Source of the DNA: Nitrososphaerota archaeon
Lineage (GTDB): Archaea > Thermoproteota > Nitrososphaeria_A > Caldarchaeales > Calditenuaceae
NCBI GenBank assembly: GCA_033581555.1
Contig: JAVQSZ010000002.1
Span: 128,001 to 192,000, forward strand
Reading direction: 5' to 3'
DNA length: 64,000 nucleotides
The notes below the pieces were generated by a model, which ran no database searches, was not told where the DNA came from, and saw only the letters and a program-made list of their open reading frames with translations. The translations under genes were made by a program, and so were the position numbers. Below, piece after piece: positions 19,128 through 28,543 of the stretch; position 1 is the first letter of the stretch; every line of letters starts with the position of its first letter.

Positions 19128-20600
19128 TCAGAACTGATACCTCTCCCGCAACCATTCGTAAAGCTCTAGGTCGCTGACGACATCCTCGACCGGATACAGC
19201 TCGTAGGCCCTCGGGTCAGCGAACCTCCCCTCAATCGCGGTAGCTGCGGCCGTCAAAGGACTGACGAGGTGCGTCCTCGCGCCGGGGCCCTGGCGGTTCT
19301 CGAAGTTCCTGTTGGAGGTCGAGGCGCACCTCTTCCCGGGCTCGACGTAGTCGCCGGGAGCCATAGCGATGCAGTAGCTGCAGCCCGAGTTCCTCCACTC
19401 GAACCCCGCCTCGATAAGGGCCCTGTGGACCCCGAGCCTCTCAGCCCACCGCTTCGTCAGCATCGACCCCGGGACGACGACGGCCTTCACGCCATCCGCG
19501 ACCTTCCTCCCCTTGACCAACCTCGCGACCTGAACGAGGTCGGAGAGCCTTGCGTTGGTGCAGGACCCGATGAAGACGACGTCGACCGGGACATCCCTGA
19601 TCCTCTGGCCAGGCCTCAGGCCCATGTACTTCAGCGCCCTCTCGGCGGCGGCCCGCTTAGCTGGGTCCTCGAACTCCTCAGGAGACGGGACCTCGTCCGT
19701 GACCCCAGCCACCTGAGCAGGGTTCGTGCCCCAGGTTACCTGCGGCTCGAGACCGTCGACGTCCAACCTGACCGTCTTGTCGTAACGGGCACCAGCGTCG
19801 GACCTGAGGGTACTCCAGAACCTAAAGGCCTCCTCGAGGTCCTCGCCCTCCGGGGCGAAGGGCCTGCCCTCCACAAACCTGAAGACCTTCTCGTCGGGAG
19901 CGATTATCGCGGTCCTCGCGCCCCCCTCGATCGACATGTTGCATAGGGTCATCCGATCGTCGATGCCCATCCGCTCGACCGTCTCGCCAGCGAACTCCAT
20001 CACGTGTCCTATCCCGCCGCCGGTCCCGATCTCGCCTATCAGCTTGAGGATGACGTCCTTCGAGGTCACGCCTTCGTCCAGCTCGCCCCTCACCTCGACG
20101 AGCATCTCCTTCGGTCTCTTGATCCAGAGGGTCTGGGTCGCGAACACGTGCTCGCCCTCGCTGGTCCCGATCCCGAACGCGGCCGCCCCGAAGGCTCCGT
20201 GGGTGCTGGTGTGGGAGTCCCCGCAAGCTATCGTGAGGCCGGGCAGCGTCAACCCGAGCTCCGGCATTATCACGTGTACGATGCCCTGGAAAGGGCTGAA
20301 GTAGTCGAAGAGCGCGATCCCGAACTCCCTCGCGTTCCTCTTCAGAGCCTCCATCTGGGCCGCGGACATCTCGTCGGTGACCGGTAGCGTCCTGTCATGA
20401 GTCGGGACGTTGTGGTCCATGACCGCGAATGTCAGGTCGGGCCTCCTAACCCTCCTCCCGGCGGACCTCAGGTTCTCGAAGGCGACCGGCGAGGTGACCT
20501 CGTGGGTGTAGTGCCTGTCGATGTAGATCAGGGAGGTACCGTCATCGCGCTCGGCGATCACGTGCTCTAGCCAGATCTTCGAGAAGACCGTCTTCGCCAT
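19128..20600 (-). CDS. leuC: 3-isopropylmalate dehydratase large subunit
   Basis: HEVTSP, DHN, CGDSHT.THGA, IGSCTN, GCS.C, STSNRNF..RQG. Confidence 0.93.
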   Translation of the reverse strand: MAKTVFSKIWLEHVIAERDDGTSLIYIDRHYTHEVTSPVAFENLRSAGRRVRRPDLTFAVMDHNVPTHDRTLPVTDEMSAAQMEALKRNAREFGIALFDYFSPFQGIVHVIMPELGLTLPGLTIACGDSHTSTHGAFGAAAFGIGTSEGEHVFATQTLWIKRPKEMLVEVRGELDEGVTSKDVILKLIGEIGTGGGIGHVMEFAGETVERMGIDDRMTLCNMSIEGGARTAIIAPDEKVFRFVEGRPFAPEGEDLEEAFRFWSTLRSDAGARYDKTVRLDVDGLEPQVTWGTNPAQVAGVTDEVPSPEEFEDPAKRAAAERALKYMGLRPGQRIRDVPVDVVFIGSCTNARLSDLVQVARLVKGRKVADGVKAVVVPGSMLTKRWAERLGVHRALIEAGFEWRNSGCSYCIAMAPGDYVEPGKRCASTSNRNFENRQGPGARTHLVSPLTAAATAIEGRFADPRAYELYPVEDVVSDLELYEWLRERYQF

Positions 20601-20645
20601 CGCGGACGCGTGGAGGCGACCTCTGATAAACCTTCGGGCCCACGC

Positions 20646-21071
20646 TCAGACCTTCCTGACCGGGGTCCTGGCGCCGCAGGCCTCGCACACGAGGTACCTG
20701 AACTTCTTCTCCCTCTGGATCTGGGTGTCAATGCCGCCGCAGACCGGGCACTTGACGAACTCCTTGAAGTAGAGCTGGAGTAACTTCGCGAACTCTGGGT
20801 CGCCGATCTTGCCGTTGAGGATGAGCCTGTCGCCCTCCAGGGACCCGGGCTTCCCGCTCTCCTTGAAGATGAACCTCGCGACGTGCTCAGGCTCCCTGCT
20901 GAGCGAGTCGGCGAGCTGCCTGAAGTTCAGGACGATGGTCCTGCGCTCGTCGTGGTATAGCGACGGCCGGAGCGCTATCTCCCTCTCCCCGGAGGCTGAG
21001 GACTTGGCCCTGAGCTGGGCCCTCACCCTCTCGAGCAGCATCTCGTATGAAGCGCGGCCGCGCAGCTCCAC
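20646..21071 (-). CDS. eif2b: Translation initiation factor 2 beta subunit
   Basis: YE.LLER, NF......L.R...H, CP.C...DT.....CEACGA. Confidence 0.9.
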   Translation of the reverse strand: MELRGRASYEMLLERVRAQLRAKSSASGEREIALRPSLYHDERRTIVLNFRQLADSLSREPEHVARFIFKESGKPGSLEGDRLILNGKIGDPEFAKLLQLYFKEFVKCPVCGGIDTQIQREKKFRYLVCEACGARTPVRKV

Positions 21072-21118
21072 GGCGATGTCCTGCGGAGCCTCGGGATAAA
21101 GGTGCCCGACAGGAGGGG

Positions 21119-21715
21119 TCAGAACCTGAGGACCACGTCGACCCTAGCCTTCAAAGCGTCCAACCGCTCGCGCTCCACCGCAGTCAACCCGGAGCCCTTG
21201 TCGTCAGCGAGCTTCGTGCCCTCGTAGGCCGTCCCGACGAAGGTCTGGGAAGCATCGATCACTCTCGTCAGGACTTCAGGGTCTCCCGCGTGGAGGTAGA
21301 TGGTGACGTCGTTGACGAAGAGGACCGGCGTAGGGGACGAGAGGTAATCGAGGAGCAGGGGCCCGATCAGCTCCGCGTTCCTCCTCGCGACCGAGAGGAC
21401 CTCGTCCGCGTCCCGTCCAGTTAGCCTCGGACCCCTTACGCCATCCGACGTGAGGTACCTCACTCCGGAGACCCTTGGGTCGATCTCCCTTAGCTTGCCC
21501 CCGAAGCCTCCCGACCGCTCCGGCGCCATGTCGATCACCGTCACCTCCGTCCCGATCCCCATGACGAGGGCCTCGACGACCAGGCCCGCGAGAATCCTGG
21601 ACTTCCCGGACCCGGCCTCGCCGACGATCAGCACCTTCCTCCCCAGGACCGATCTCAGGCTGAGGCCCTCGGCTCGAAGAACCTCTCCGGAAGGGCCCTG
21701 CTCAGCGCGAGGCAT
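21119..21715 (-). CDS. Uncharacterised P-loop NTPase
   Basis: Walker A GEAGSGKS; LFVNDVTIYLHAG Walker-B-like; ATG at 21715. Confidence 0.7.
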   Translation of the reverse strand: MPRAEQGPSGEVLRAEGLSLRSVLGRKVLIVGEAGSGKSRILAGLVVEALVMGIGTEVTVIDMAPERSGGFGGKLREIDPRVSGVRYLTSDGVRGPRLTGRDADEVLSVARRNAELIGPLLLDYLSSPTPVLFVNDVTIYLHAGDPEVLTRVIDASQTFVGTAYEGTKLADDKGSGLTAVERERLDALKARVDVVLRF

Positions 21716-22221
21716 AGCACGTACCCCAAAAGAGCTCCGGGGACCGAGCTGACAGCCCACCCTGACCAGAAGACGAGGAGCGCACCGACCGGGCCTCTGC
21801 CCCGCAAGAGGTTCATCAGCGGCTCCGACCCAATCAGGGGCCCTATAACGAGCAGCGAGACGGTCCCGCCGATTAGGACCGTCCCGACGGGCTCCGCGAG
21901 CGCGGAGAGGAACCTGAGCTCAGGCCTACTGAACCTCGAGGTGAGGTACCGGTGGAACAAGCCCACCATGAGCGCTCCGGGCAGACCTCCAGGGTAGGCG
22001 AAGATCGTGCCCAACCCCAGGGCTATCCTGACCGTTCCTACGACGAAGGGCACCACGAGCGAGCTGAGAGGCCCGAGCATCACGCCCGCGAGGACGTTCA
22101 CCATGTGCTGGCCCGGGTAGGCCCTCGTACCCAGGAACGGGAACCAGAGTATCGGCGCCAGCGCTATTCCCATGGCCGAGAGCGCGATCCAGACCGCCAC
22201 GGTTCTGGTAGCCCTCTCCAT
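21655..22221 (-). CDS. thiW: ECF transporter S component ThiW (thiazole)
   Basis: AYP.QHMVNVLAGV.LGP, R..LG.GT.FA.PG, E.VGT..IG. Confidence 0.85.
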   Translation of the reverse strand: MERATRTVAVWIALSAMGIALAPILWFPFLGTRAYPGQHMVNVLAGVMLGPLSSLVVPFVVGTVRIALGLGTIFAYPGGLPGALMVGLFHRYLTSRFSRPELRFLSALAEPVGTVLIGGTVSLLVIGPLIGSEPLMNLLRGRGPVGALLVFWSGWAVSSVPGALLGYVLCLALSRALPERFFEPRASA

Positions 22222-22246
22222 CGGCTTAGAACCCGGAGCCTTGAGG

Positions 22247-22621
22247 TTATGAATTATGTGTTAAGCCACTTATGGCCCGTTCGACGTCATCGAGGAGTCG
22301 CTGAAGCTCGGAGGGGAGCGAGTACCTTTTCCCCTCTAGGACCGCGAAGACGCCCTTGGCCCGCCAGTGGAGCGCCGAGAGCGCGAGCCCCTTCAGGCTC
22401 ATCGCGCTGACCACCTCGACCACCACGTCGGGCCAATATCTTAGGAGGGAGCGGACCGCGTTCAGGACGACCTCGACGTTCGATCTGACCTCCTCGGGGT
22501 ACTCGGAGAACTGCTGAGCGGTCGCGCTGATGCCCGCCAAGCTGGCCGGGTTACAGACGGCCTTGCAGCTGGTGGAGAAGACCGTCGGAAACACCCCGAC
22601 CAGCGTCACCTTGACCGCCAC
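22247..22621 (-). CDS. Hypothetical protein, possible thioredoxin-like fold
   Basis: ORF with C...C near the N-terminus, downstream of a TATA-like element. Confidence 0.5.
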   Translation of the reverse strand: MAVKVTLVGVFPTVFSTSCKAVCNPASLAGISATAQQFSEYPEEVRSNVEVVLNAVRSLLRYWPDVVVEVVSAMSLKGLALSALHWRAKGVFAVLEGKRYSLPSELQRLLDDVERAISGLTHNS

Positions 22622-22765
22622 GCATTGCGATGATCCCGATCTTATATGACCGTTACCCCAACGCGTAGAGATGACGTTCAGGACCCGCTGAGCCGAGAGC
22701 GTCGAATCACCCGGGGTGGTCCTTCGCGGTCACCGTTATGAGCTACTGCGGTTATGTGATTTCGA

Positions 22766-24484
22766 ATGGGCCTGGAGGTCATCGACTCAGACGTAGTGAT
22801 AGTTGGGTCGGGACTCGCCGGCCTAAGGGCGGCCATCGAGGCCGCGAGGACCGGCGGTGAGCGGCTCAGGGTCTCCGTGGTCACCAAGACCCAGCCGATG
22901 AGGTCCCACAGCGTCTCTGCGGAGGGAGGGACGGCCGCGGTCCTCTACCCTGAGGAGGGCGACTCCCTCGAGTCACACGAGTGGGACACCGTAAAGGGCA
23001 GCGACTTCCTGGCGGATCAGGACGCGGTAGAGGTCTTCGTGAGGGAGGCTCCGAAGGAGATCGTCCAGCTGGAGCACTGGGGCATGCCGTGGGCGAGGAG
23101 GGAGGACGGAAGGGTCGCCCAGAGGTACTTCGGTGGCCAGAGCTATCCGAGGGCCTGCTTCGCGGAGGACAGGGTTGGGTTCTTCGAGATGAGCACGCTC
23201 TACAGCACCTGCCTAAAGTACGACAACGTCGCCTTCTACGACGAGTGGTTCGCGTTCGCGGTCGTCAAGGACGACGGATCCTTCGCGGGTTTCATGGCGC
23301 TGGACGTGAAGAGGGGGAACGTGGCATACTTCAAGGCGAAGGCTGGGATCATCGCGACGGGCGGCGCCGGGAGGCTCTACCCGTTCGCGAGCTTCGGGCA
23401 CAGCTCGACACCTGACGGGATCGTGATGGCGTACAGGGCCGGCGTGCCGCTGAAGGACATGGAGTTCGTCCAGTTCCACCCGACGGGCCTAGTGCCCAGC
23501 GGGATACTCATCACCGAGGCCTCGAGGGGCGAAGGAGGGGTCCTCAGGAACTCGAAGGGTGAGAGGTTCATGGAGAAGTACGCCCCGAAGATGAAGGACC
23601 TCGCTCCGAGGGACATCGTCTCAAGGTCCATAATGACCGAGATCAAGGAGGGCAGGGGCTTCAGGGACGAGGAGAGCGGGTACGAGTACGTCAACCTGGA
23701 CCTCACCGTCATCGAGCCGGAGAAGCTCGTGAAGAGGCTCACCAGCATCAGGGAGATCTGCCTGAAGCTGAGGGGGATAGACCCGCTCCACGAGCCGATC
23801 CCGGTCAGGCCAGTCGCGCACTATTACATGGGGGGTATCGATGTCGACATCAACGGCGCCACGTCGCTCCCAGGTCTATGGGCTGCGGGCGAGGCCGCGT
23901 GCGTGACGATCAATGGCGCTAACAGGCTAGGGTCCAACTCGACGACCGAGTGCCTCGTCTGGGGGAAGATCACCGGCAGGGAGGCGGCAAAGTTCGCGTT
24001 GAGCAGGAAGGAGCCGAACGCACCGAAGGAGGCGATCCAGGCCGAGGAGAGGAGGGTCTTCGACGTCCTCCTGGGGCCTGCGCCGAGGGTCGACCCGTAC
24101 GACGTGAAGTCCGAGCTCCAGGAGACGATGGAGAAGCACTTCCACGTCTTCAGGGAGGGGACGTCGATGGAGGAGGGGCTAAGGAAGTTGAGGAAGCTGA
24201 TGTCGGAGTTCCAGATGGGCGTCACCGACAAGAGCAGGGCCTACAACACGAACCTCGTTCACGTAATGGAGGTGGACGCGATGCTCGAGGCGAGCCACGC
24301 CATCGCGGTCTCTGCCCTCCACAGGACCGAGAGCAGGGGAGCCCACTATAGGCTTGATTTCCCGAAGAGGGACGACGAGGCCTGGCTCAAGCACATCCTC
24401 CTGAGGTGGACCGCGGACGGTTTCGAGATCGAGTATAAACCGGTAGTGATCACGAAGTACAAGCCCGCGGAAAGGGTCTACTGA
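22766..24484 (+). CDS. sdhA: Succinate dehydrogenase/fumarate reductase flavoprotein subunit
   Basis: GSGLAG, RSHS..AEGG (covalent FAD His), QFHPT, HY.MGG, GANRLG.NS, ESRGAH. Confidence 0.93.
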   Translation: MGLEVIDSDVVIVGSGLAGLRAAIEAARTGGERLRVSVVTKTQPMRSHSVSAEGGTAAVLYPEEGDSLESHEWDTVKGSDFLADQDAVEVFVREAPKEIVQLEHWGMPWARREDGRVAQRYFGGQSYPRACFAEDRVGFFEMSTLYSTCLKYDNVAFYDEWFAFAVVKDDGSFAGFMALDVKRGNVAYFKAKAGIIATGGAGRLYPFASFGHSSTPDGIVMAYRAGVPLKDMEFVQFHPTGLVPSGILITEASRGEGGVLRNSKGERFMEKYAPKMKDLAPRDIVSRSIMTEIKEGRGFRDEESGYEYVNLDLTVIEPEKLVKRLTSIREICLKLRGIDPLHEPIPVRPVAHYYMGGIDVDINGATSLPGLWAAGEAACVTINGANRLGSNSTTECLVWGKITGREAAKFALSRKEPNAPKEAIQAEERRVFDVLLGPAPRVDPYDVKSELQETMEKHFHVFREGTSMEEGLRKLRKLMSEFQMGVTDKSRAYNTNLVHVMEVDAMLEASHAIAVSALHRTESRGAHYRLDFPKRDDEAWLKHILLRWTADGFEIEYKPVVITKYKPAERVY

Positions 24485-24485
24485 C

Positions 24486-25628
24486 TCAGGAGCCCTTGCT
24501 CCAGAAGACCGGGATGAACCTCTTGGTCCTGCCGTAGTCCTTGGGAGGCGAGCCGACGATCGCGACCTTGTAGCCGCAGCTCGGGCACCTGTTGTCCTTG
24601 GTCAACCTCCAGTCGACGATGTCGAAGCCGTACCTCTCCACGACCATCTCGCCGCAGCCCGGGCAGTATGTGCTCTCGTAGGGGTGACCGGGGACGTTCC
24701 CAATGTAGACGTAGTTCATCCCCTCCTCCTTCGCGACCCTGTAGTGCCTCTCAAGGGTCTCAACCGGCGTCCAGGGTAGGTGCATCAGCTTGTAGTCTGG
24801 GTGGAACCTAAGGAAGTGGATCGGCGTGTCGGGGCCTAGGTTGTCGTGGACCCACCTGACTAGCTTCCTCGCGGCGTTCAGGTCGTCCCCGATCTCTGGC
24901 ACGACGAGGTCCGTGATCTCGACGTGGATTTTGGTCCTCTCCTTGATCTCTAGGAGGGTCTGGAAGATCGGCTCGGGGCTCGGTATCCCGACGTACTTCC
25001 TGAGGAAGTTCACCTCCCCGTTCCCCTTGAAGTCGACGGTAGCGGCGTCGAGGAACTCCGCGGCCATGCTCACGGACTCGGGAGTCCAGTAACCGTTTGT
25101 GACGAAGACGTTGATCAGCCCCCTTTGCCTCGCGTTCACGCCGACGTCGTGGGCGAACTCCATGAAGATCGTCGGCTCGTTGTAGGTGTAGGCTATGCCG
25201 TGGGAGCCGTACCGCACCGCGGCCTCCACGACCTCCTCGGGCGTGACCTCGATCCCTTCGACCTTCCTCCGCTGGCTGATGTCGAAGTTCTGGCAGTAGG
25301 CGCAGAGCCAGTTGCACCCGGTAGTGGCGATGCTGAAGATCTTTGTCCCGGGCATGTAGTGGGTCACGGGCTTCTTCTCGATCGGGTCGACATGGCTCGC
25401 GATGACCCTCCCGTAGACGAAGAGGTAAAGCTTCCCTCCCACAACGCCCCTGATCCCGCAGAGGCCGACCTGTCCCTCGCCGATCTGACAGTACCTAGCG
25501 CAGGCGGTGCACTTCACCCGGCCGGGCACCCCCTCGGTCCAGAGCCTAGCCGGAGCTCCTGGGACCTCCTCGAGCCTGAACGTCGCCACCGGAGTTAGAC
25601 GTTTTGAGGCGCTCATAGGTTTTGCCAA
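24486..25628 (-). CDS. amrS: AmmeMemoRadiSam system radical SAM enzyme
   Basis: N-terminal C..C...C....G.C, DPIEKKP, CNW.C.YCQN, YTYNEP, YVY.GN. Confidence 0.88.
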   Translation of the reverse strand: MAKPMSASKRLTPVATFRLEEVPGAPARLWTEGVPGRVKCTACARYCQIGEGQVGLCGIRGVVGGKLYLFVYGRVIASHVDPIEKKPVTHYMPGTKIFSIATTGCNWLCAYCQNFDISQRRKVEGIEVTPEEVVEAAVRYGSHGIAYTYNEPTIFMEFAHDVGVNARQRGLINVFVTNGYWTPESVSMAAEFLDAATVDFKGNGEVNFLRKYVGIPSPEPIFQTLLEIKERTKIHVEITDLVVPEIGDDLNAARKLVRWVHDNLGPDTPIHFLRFHPDYKLMHLPWTPVETLERHYRVAKEEGMNYVYIGNVPGHPYESTYCPGCGEMVVERYGFDIVDWRLTKDNRCPSCGYKVAIVGSPPKDYGRTKRFIPVFWSKGS

Positions 25629-26768
25629 TCAACCCCCTTTCCGCTCGGGGGAGACCGCGACCCTAAGGAACCACAGCGAGAGGAGCTGGGCCGCGAGGGA
25701 GTAGGCGACGAGTCCGGCCGGTCCTACCCCTGCGTCCACCATCAACCCGAAGGCCAGTCCGGCTACCGAGTAACCGATCCCCACGCCGAGGCCGAAGACG
25801 CCATACGCGGTGCCGAGGCGGCCCGACCCCGCGAGCTCCGCGACCACCGCCCTGAAGATCGACTCTTGGGCACCGATCACGACACCGACCAAGCCCGCGC
25901 AGACAAGGAGGAGGTTGAGGTCGTTGGTGAGCAGCGCCGCGGGGACCGCGCTGACCAGCACCGTGAGCGAGACCACCCTCGCGCCGTACCGGTCGAGGGC
26001 CCTTCCCAGCGGGATCGCAGCGACGGCGTCGGTGACCATCGCGACCGAGTAGGCCAGCGGGACCATCCACTCGGCTCCCTCCGCGACAACCGAGACCTTG
26101 TAGAGTACGATCGATATCGGGAGGAGCCCCGCGACGTTGAGCGACGCAGCAGCGGTGTAAGCGATCACCCTCCGCTGGGGACCTCTTACAGGTGGATCCC
26201 GTTCCACCCTTGCGCTCACCTTCGGTACCCTCCAGACGAGGAGCAGCAGCGCCGCATAGGGGAGAAGGGTGTAGAGGACGGCCGTCCTGATTTCGCCGTG
26301 GGCAGCTGCAGCGGCCGCTATCATCAGAGGCCCCGCCATCGCGCCGAACTGGTCGAGGAACTCGTGGAGGCCGAAGGCAGACCCGAGGCCCATCTCGCCC
26401 CTCAGCCTCGCGAGCATCGCGTCCCTCGCGGGGACCCTGAGGCCCCTCGCGACCCGCTCGACGAAGACGATCGCCGCGAGCGCGGCCCAGCTCTGGGCGA
26501 AGGCCATCAGGGGGACCACGAAGAGCATCCCGTAGCCGATCCTGACCAAGAGGTCGTACCTCCCGGACCTGTCTGCGACCGCTCCGCCGATCGGCCTCGC
26601 AGCCCAGCCCGCGAGCTCCGCGGCACCCATCACCAACCCTACGCCAGCAGCCGTGAGCCCCAACTGCCTGAAGAGGTCCGGCGCGACGGCCCTCCCACCT
26701 TCGTAGACGAAGTCGCCGAAGAGGCTCAGGAGCCCCAAGAGGAGGACCGTTCTGAGGCCGGCGCGCAT
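25629..26768 (-). CDS. MFS transporter
   Basis: 12-TM pattern, G..ADR.G, ER..RG.R.PARD, DQ.GA..GP; start at ATG 26768. Confidence 0.88.
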   Translation of the reverse strand: MRAGLRTVLLLGLLSLFGDFVYEGGRAVAPDLFRQLGLTAAGVGLVMGAAELAGWAARPIGGAVADRSGRYDLLVRIGYGMLFVVPLMAFAQSWAALAAIVFVERVARGLRVPARDAMLARLRGEMGLGSAFGLHEFLDQFGAMAGPLMIAAAAAAHGEIRTAVLYTLLPYAALLLLVWRVPKVSARVERDPPVRGPQRRVIAYTAAASLNVAGLLPISIVLYKVSVVAEGAEWMVPLAYSVAMVTDAVAAIPLGRALDRYGARVVSLTVLVSAVPAALLTNDLNLLLVCAGLVGVVIGAQESIFRAVVAELAGSGRLGTAYGVFGLGVGIGYSVAGLAFGLMVDAGVGPAGLVAYSLAAQLLSLWFLRVAVSPERKGG

Positions 26769-26856
26769 CGCGCCTCTTGACCCAGCCCGCGCGATAAACT
26801 TCGGTCTCGGCGCGGTCCCGCGCAACTCATTAATACGGAGCGGCCGAAGCTCGATC

Positions 26857-27190
26857 GGGGGCGGTGGGTAGGGCCGGGGGGCCAGCCCTCCCCCTCCCAG
26901 AGGGGACCCGAAACGGGCTAGACGCGGGGGCCAGCAACCGAGCGGGGAGGCGACCGCGAAGGGACGGGCGCGGGCAGGGAGAGGGGTGAACGCGCGTCCT
27001 GGTGGAGGCGGGTAGGGCTCCATGCCCTCCGTAGGGAGGGCCCCTGGGGCCCGCGCGCGCCGAACCGTGTCAGGCCCGGGAGGGAGCAGCACTAAGGCGC
27101 GGCCCGTCTGCTGCCGGGGTGACGTGCGCGACCGATCCGCCCTCCGTCCGTCCCTCAACGGCCGCTGAACCGCCCGGGTCCACCGCCCCC
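26857..27190 (+). ncRNA. ffs: Archaeal signal recognition particle (7S) RNA
   Basis: Helix 1 GGGGGCGGTGG/CCACCGCCCCC, helix 6 GCCCTCC-GTAG-GGAGGGC, helix 8 CAGGCCC-GGGA-GGGAGCAGC; TATA-like ATTAATA at 26829. Confidence 0.93.
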
Positions 27191-28543
27191 TCTCCTCTCG
27201 GGCACGATCAGCCGTCCGTGTCCAGGCCTTCCGACGACATCACCCCTCTCTGCGACGACCTCGCCCCGCACGACCGTGTAGACGGGCCAGCCCCTCACCG
27301 TCACCCCCTCGAACGGCGTGACCTTGCTCCTGCTGTGGAGCGCCTCCGACGAGATCCTCCGCTCGGCACTTAGGTCGACGATTGTGAGGTCCGCGTCCGA
27401 TCCGACGGCGATCGCGCCCTTCCGTGGATGGAGCCCCCAGATCTTAGCGGGTTTCACAGAGACGAGCCGCACCAGCCTCCTCAGCGTCAGTTCTCCCCTG
27501 TTGACTAGGTTCAGCAGGAGCGGGAGCATCGTCTCGACGCCGGGGAAGCCCGAGGGAGCCACCCAGACTTCCTCGGCCCGCTTCTCCTCCGGGAGATGGG
27601 GGGCGTGGTCCGATCCGACCGCGTCGATCAGGCCGCGCCTGATTCCGTCCCACAGGGCCTCCGCGTGACCACGGTCCCTGATCGGCGGGTTGACCTTCGC
27701 GACGTTACCCATCTTCCTCAGCGCCTCCTCTCCGTCGAGGAGGAGGTAGTGGGGGCAGGTCTCGAGGGTGACGTCGACGCCCATCGCCCTGAACCTCTCC
27801 GCGAGCTCGAGGCACTGGGAAGAGGTGACGTGAAAGACGTGGACCTTCGCGCCAGTTAGCCAAGCGGCAGTCAGTACCCTCGCGACCGCGACGACCTCAG
27901 CCTCGACCGGCCTCGCCTCGAGGTGCGCCATCGGGTCGCTCCTCCCAGCCGCCCTGAGCGCCTCCCTGAGCGCAGCTATCATCTTGCCGTCCTCCGCGTG
28001 GAACCCGACCCTTACGCCGGCCCTCGCGCACCTCCGCATCAGCTCGATGACCTCGTGGTCTTCTGGGAAATCGGAGATCCCTGTCGTCTCGGAGAGGTAG
28101 ACCTTCAGCCCGACGATGCCTCTCAACGTCAACTCCTCGAGGGACCAGCGCCCCCTCCTGTAACCGCCGTAGAGCCCGAAGTCTACGACCGATTTGGCCG
28201 ACGCCCTCTCGAGCTTCAGGTCGAACGACTCGCCGTCGACGGTCGGGGGGATCGTGTTGGGCATCTCGAGGACCGTCGTCACTCCCCCAGCGGCCGCAGC
28301 CGCCGAACCGGTCCCGAAGTCCTCCTTGTGCTCCATCCCCGGCTCCCTGAAGTGAACGTGCTCGTCGATGACGCCCGGCAGGACCACCAGCCCTGATGCG
28401 TCGACCTCGACCTCTCCTCGGGGGACTGTCGCGTCCGTGCCGATCGCGCTGATCCTCCCGTCCTCGACGCCGATCGTCGCCCTGAAGACGTCATCCGGGG
28501 TGACGACGGTCGCGTTCCTGACGACCAGGTCGGGCCTAGCCAT
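27155..28543 (-). CDS. pyrC: Dihydroorotase (cyclic amidohydrolase; allantoinase-like)
   Basis: PG.ID.HVH.REPG, GGVTT..EMPNT, ETCPHYL, KVNPPIR, SDHAPH; coupled to pyrF-pyrE. Confidence 0.82.
   Translation of the reverse strand: MARPDLVVRNATVVTPDDVFRATIGVEDGRISAIGTDATVPRGEVEVDASGLVVLPGVIDEHVHFREPGMEHKEDFGTGSAAAAAGGVTTVLEMPNTIPPTVDGESFDLKLERASAKSVVDFGLYGGYRRGRWSLEELTLRGIVGLKVYLSETTGISDFPEDHEVIELMRRCARAGVRVGFHAEDGKMIAALREALRAAGRSDPMAHLEARPVEAEVVAVARVLTAAWLTGAKVHVFHVTSSQCLELAERFRAMGVDVTLETCPHYLLLDGEEALRKMGNVAKVNPPIRDRGHAEALWDGIRRGLIDAVGSDHAPHLPEEKRAEEVWVAPSGFPGVETMLPLLLNLVNRGELTLRRLVRLVSVKPAKIWGLHPRKGAIAVGSDADLTIVDLSAERRISSEALHSRSKVTPFEGVTVRGWPVYTVVRGEVVAERGDVVGRPGHGRLIVPERRGGGGPGRFSGR

Noticed and set aside
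22662-22715. AGATGA...CTGA as a possible third box C/D sRNA
   Set aside because: Only one convincing box pair and no recognisable target; too weak without expression data
26769-27158. N-terminal extension of the MFS ORF in the track (to 27158)
   Set aside because: It is the antisense of the SRP RNA; the real start is ATG 26768
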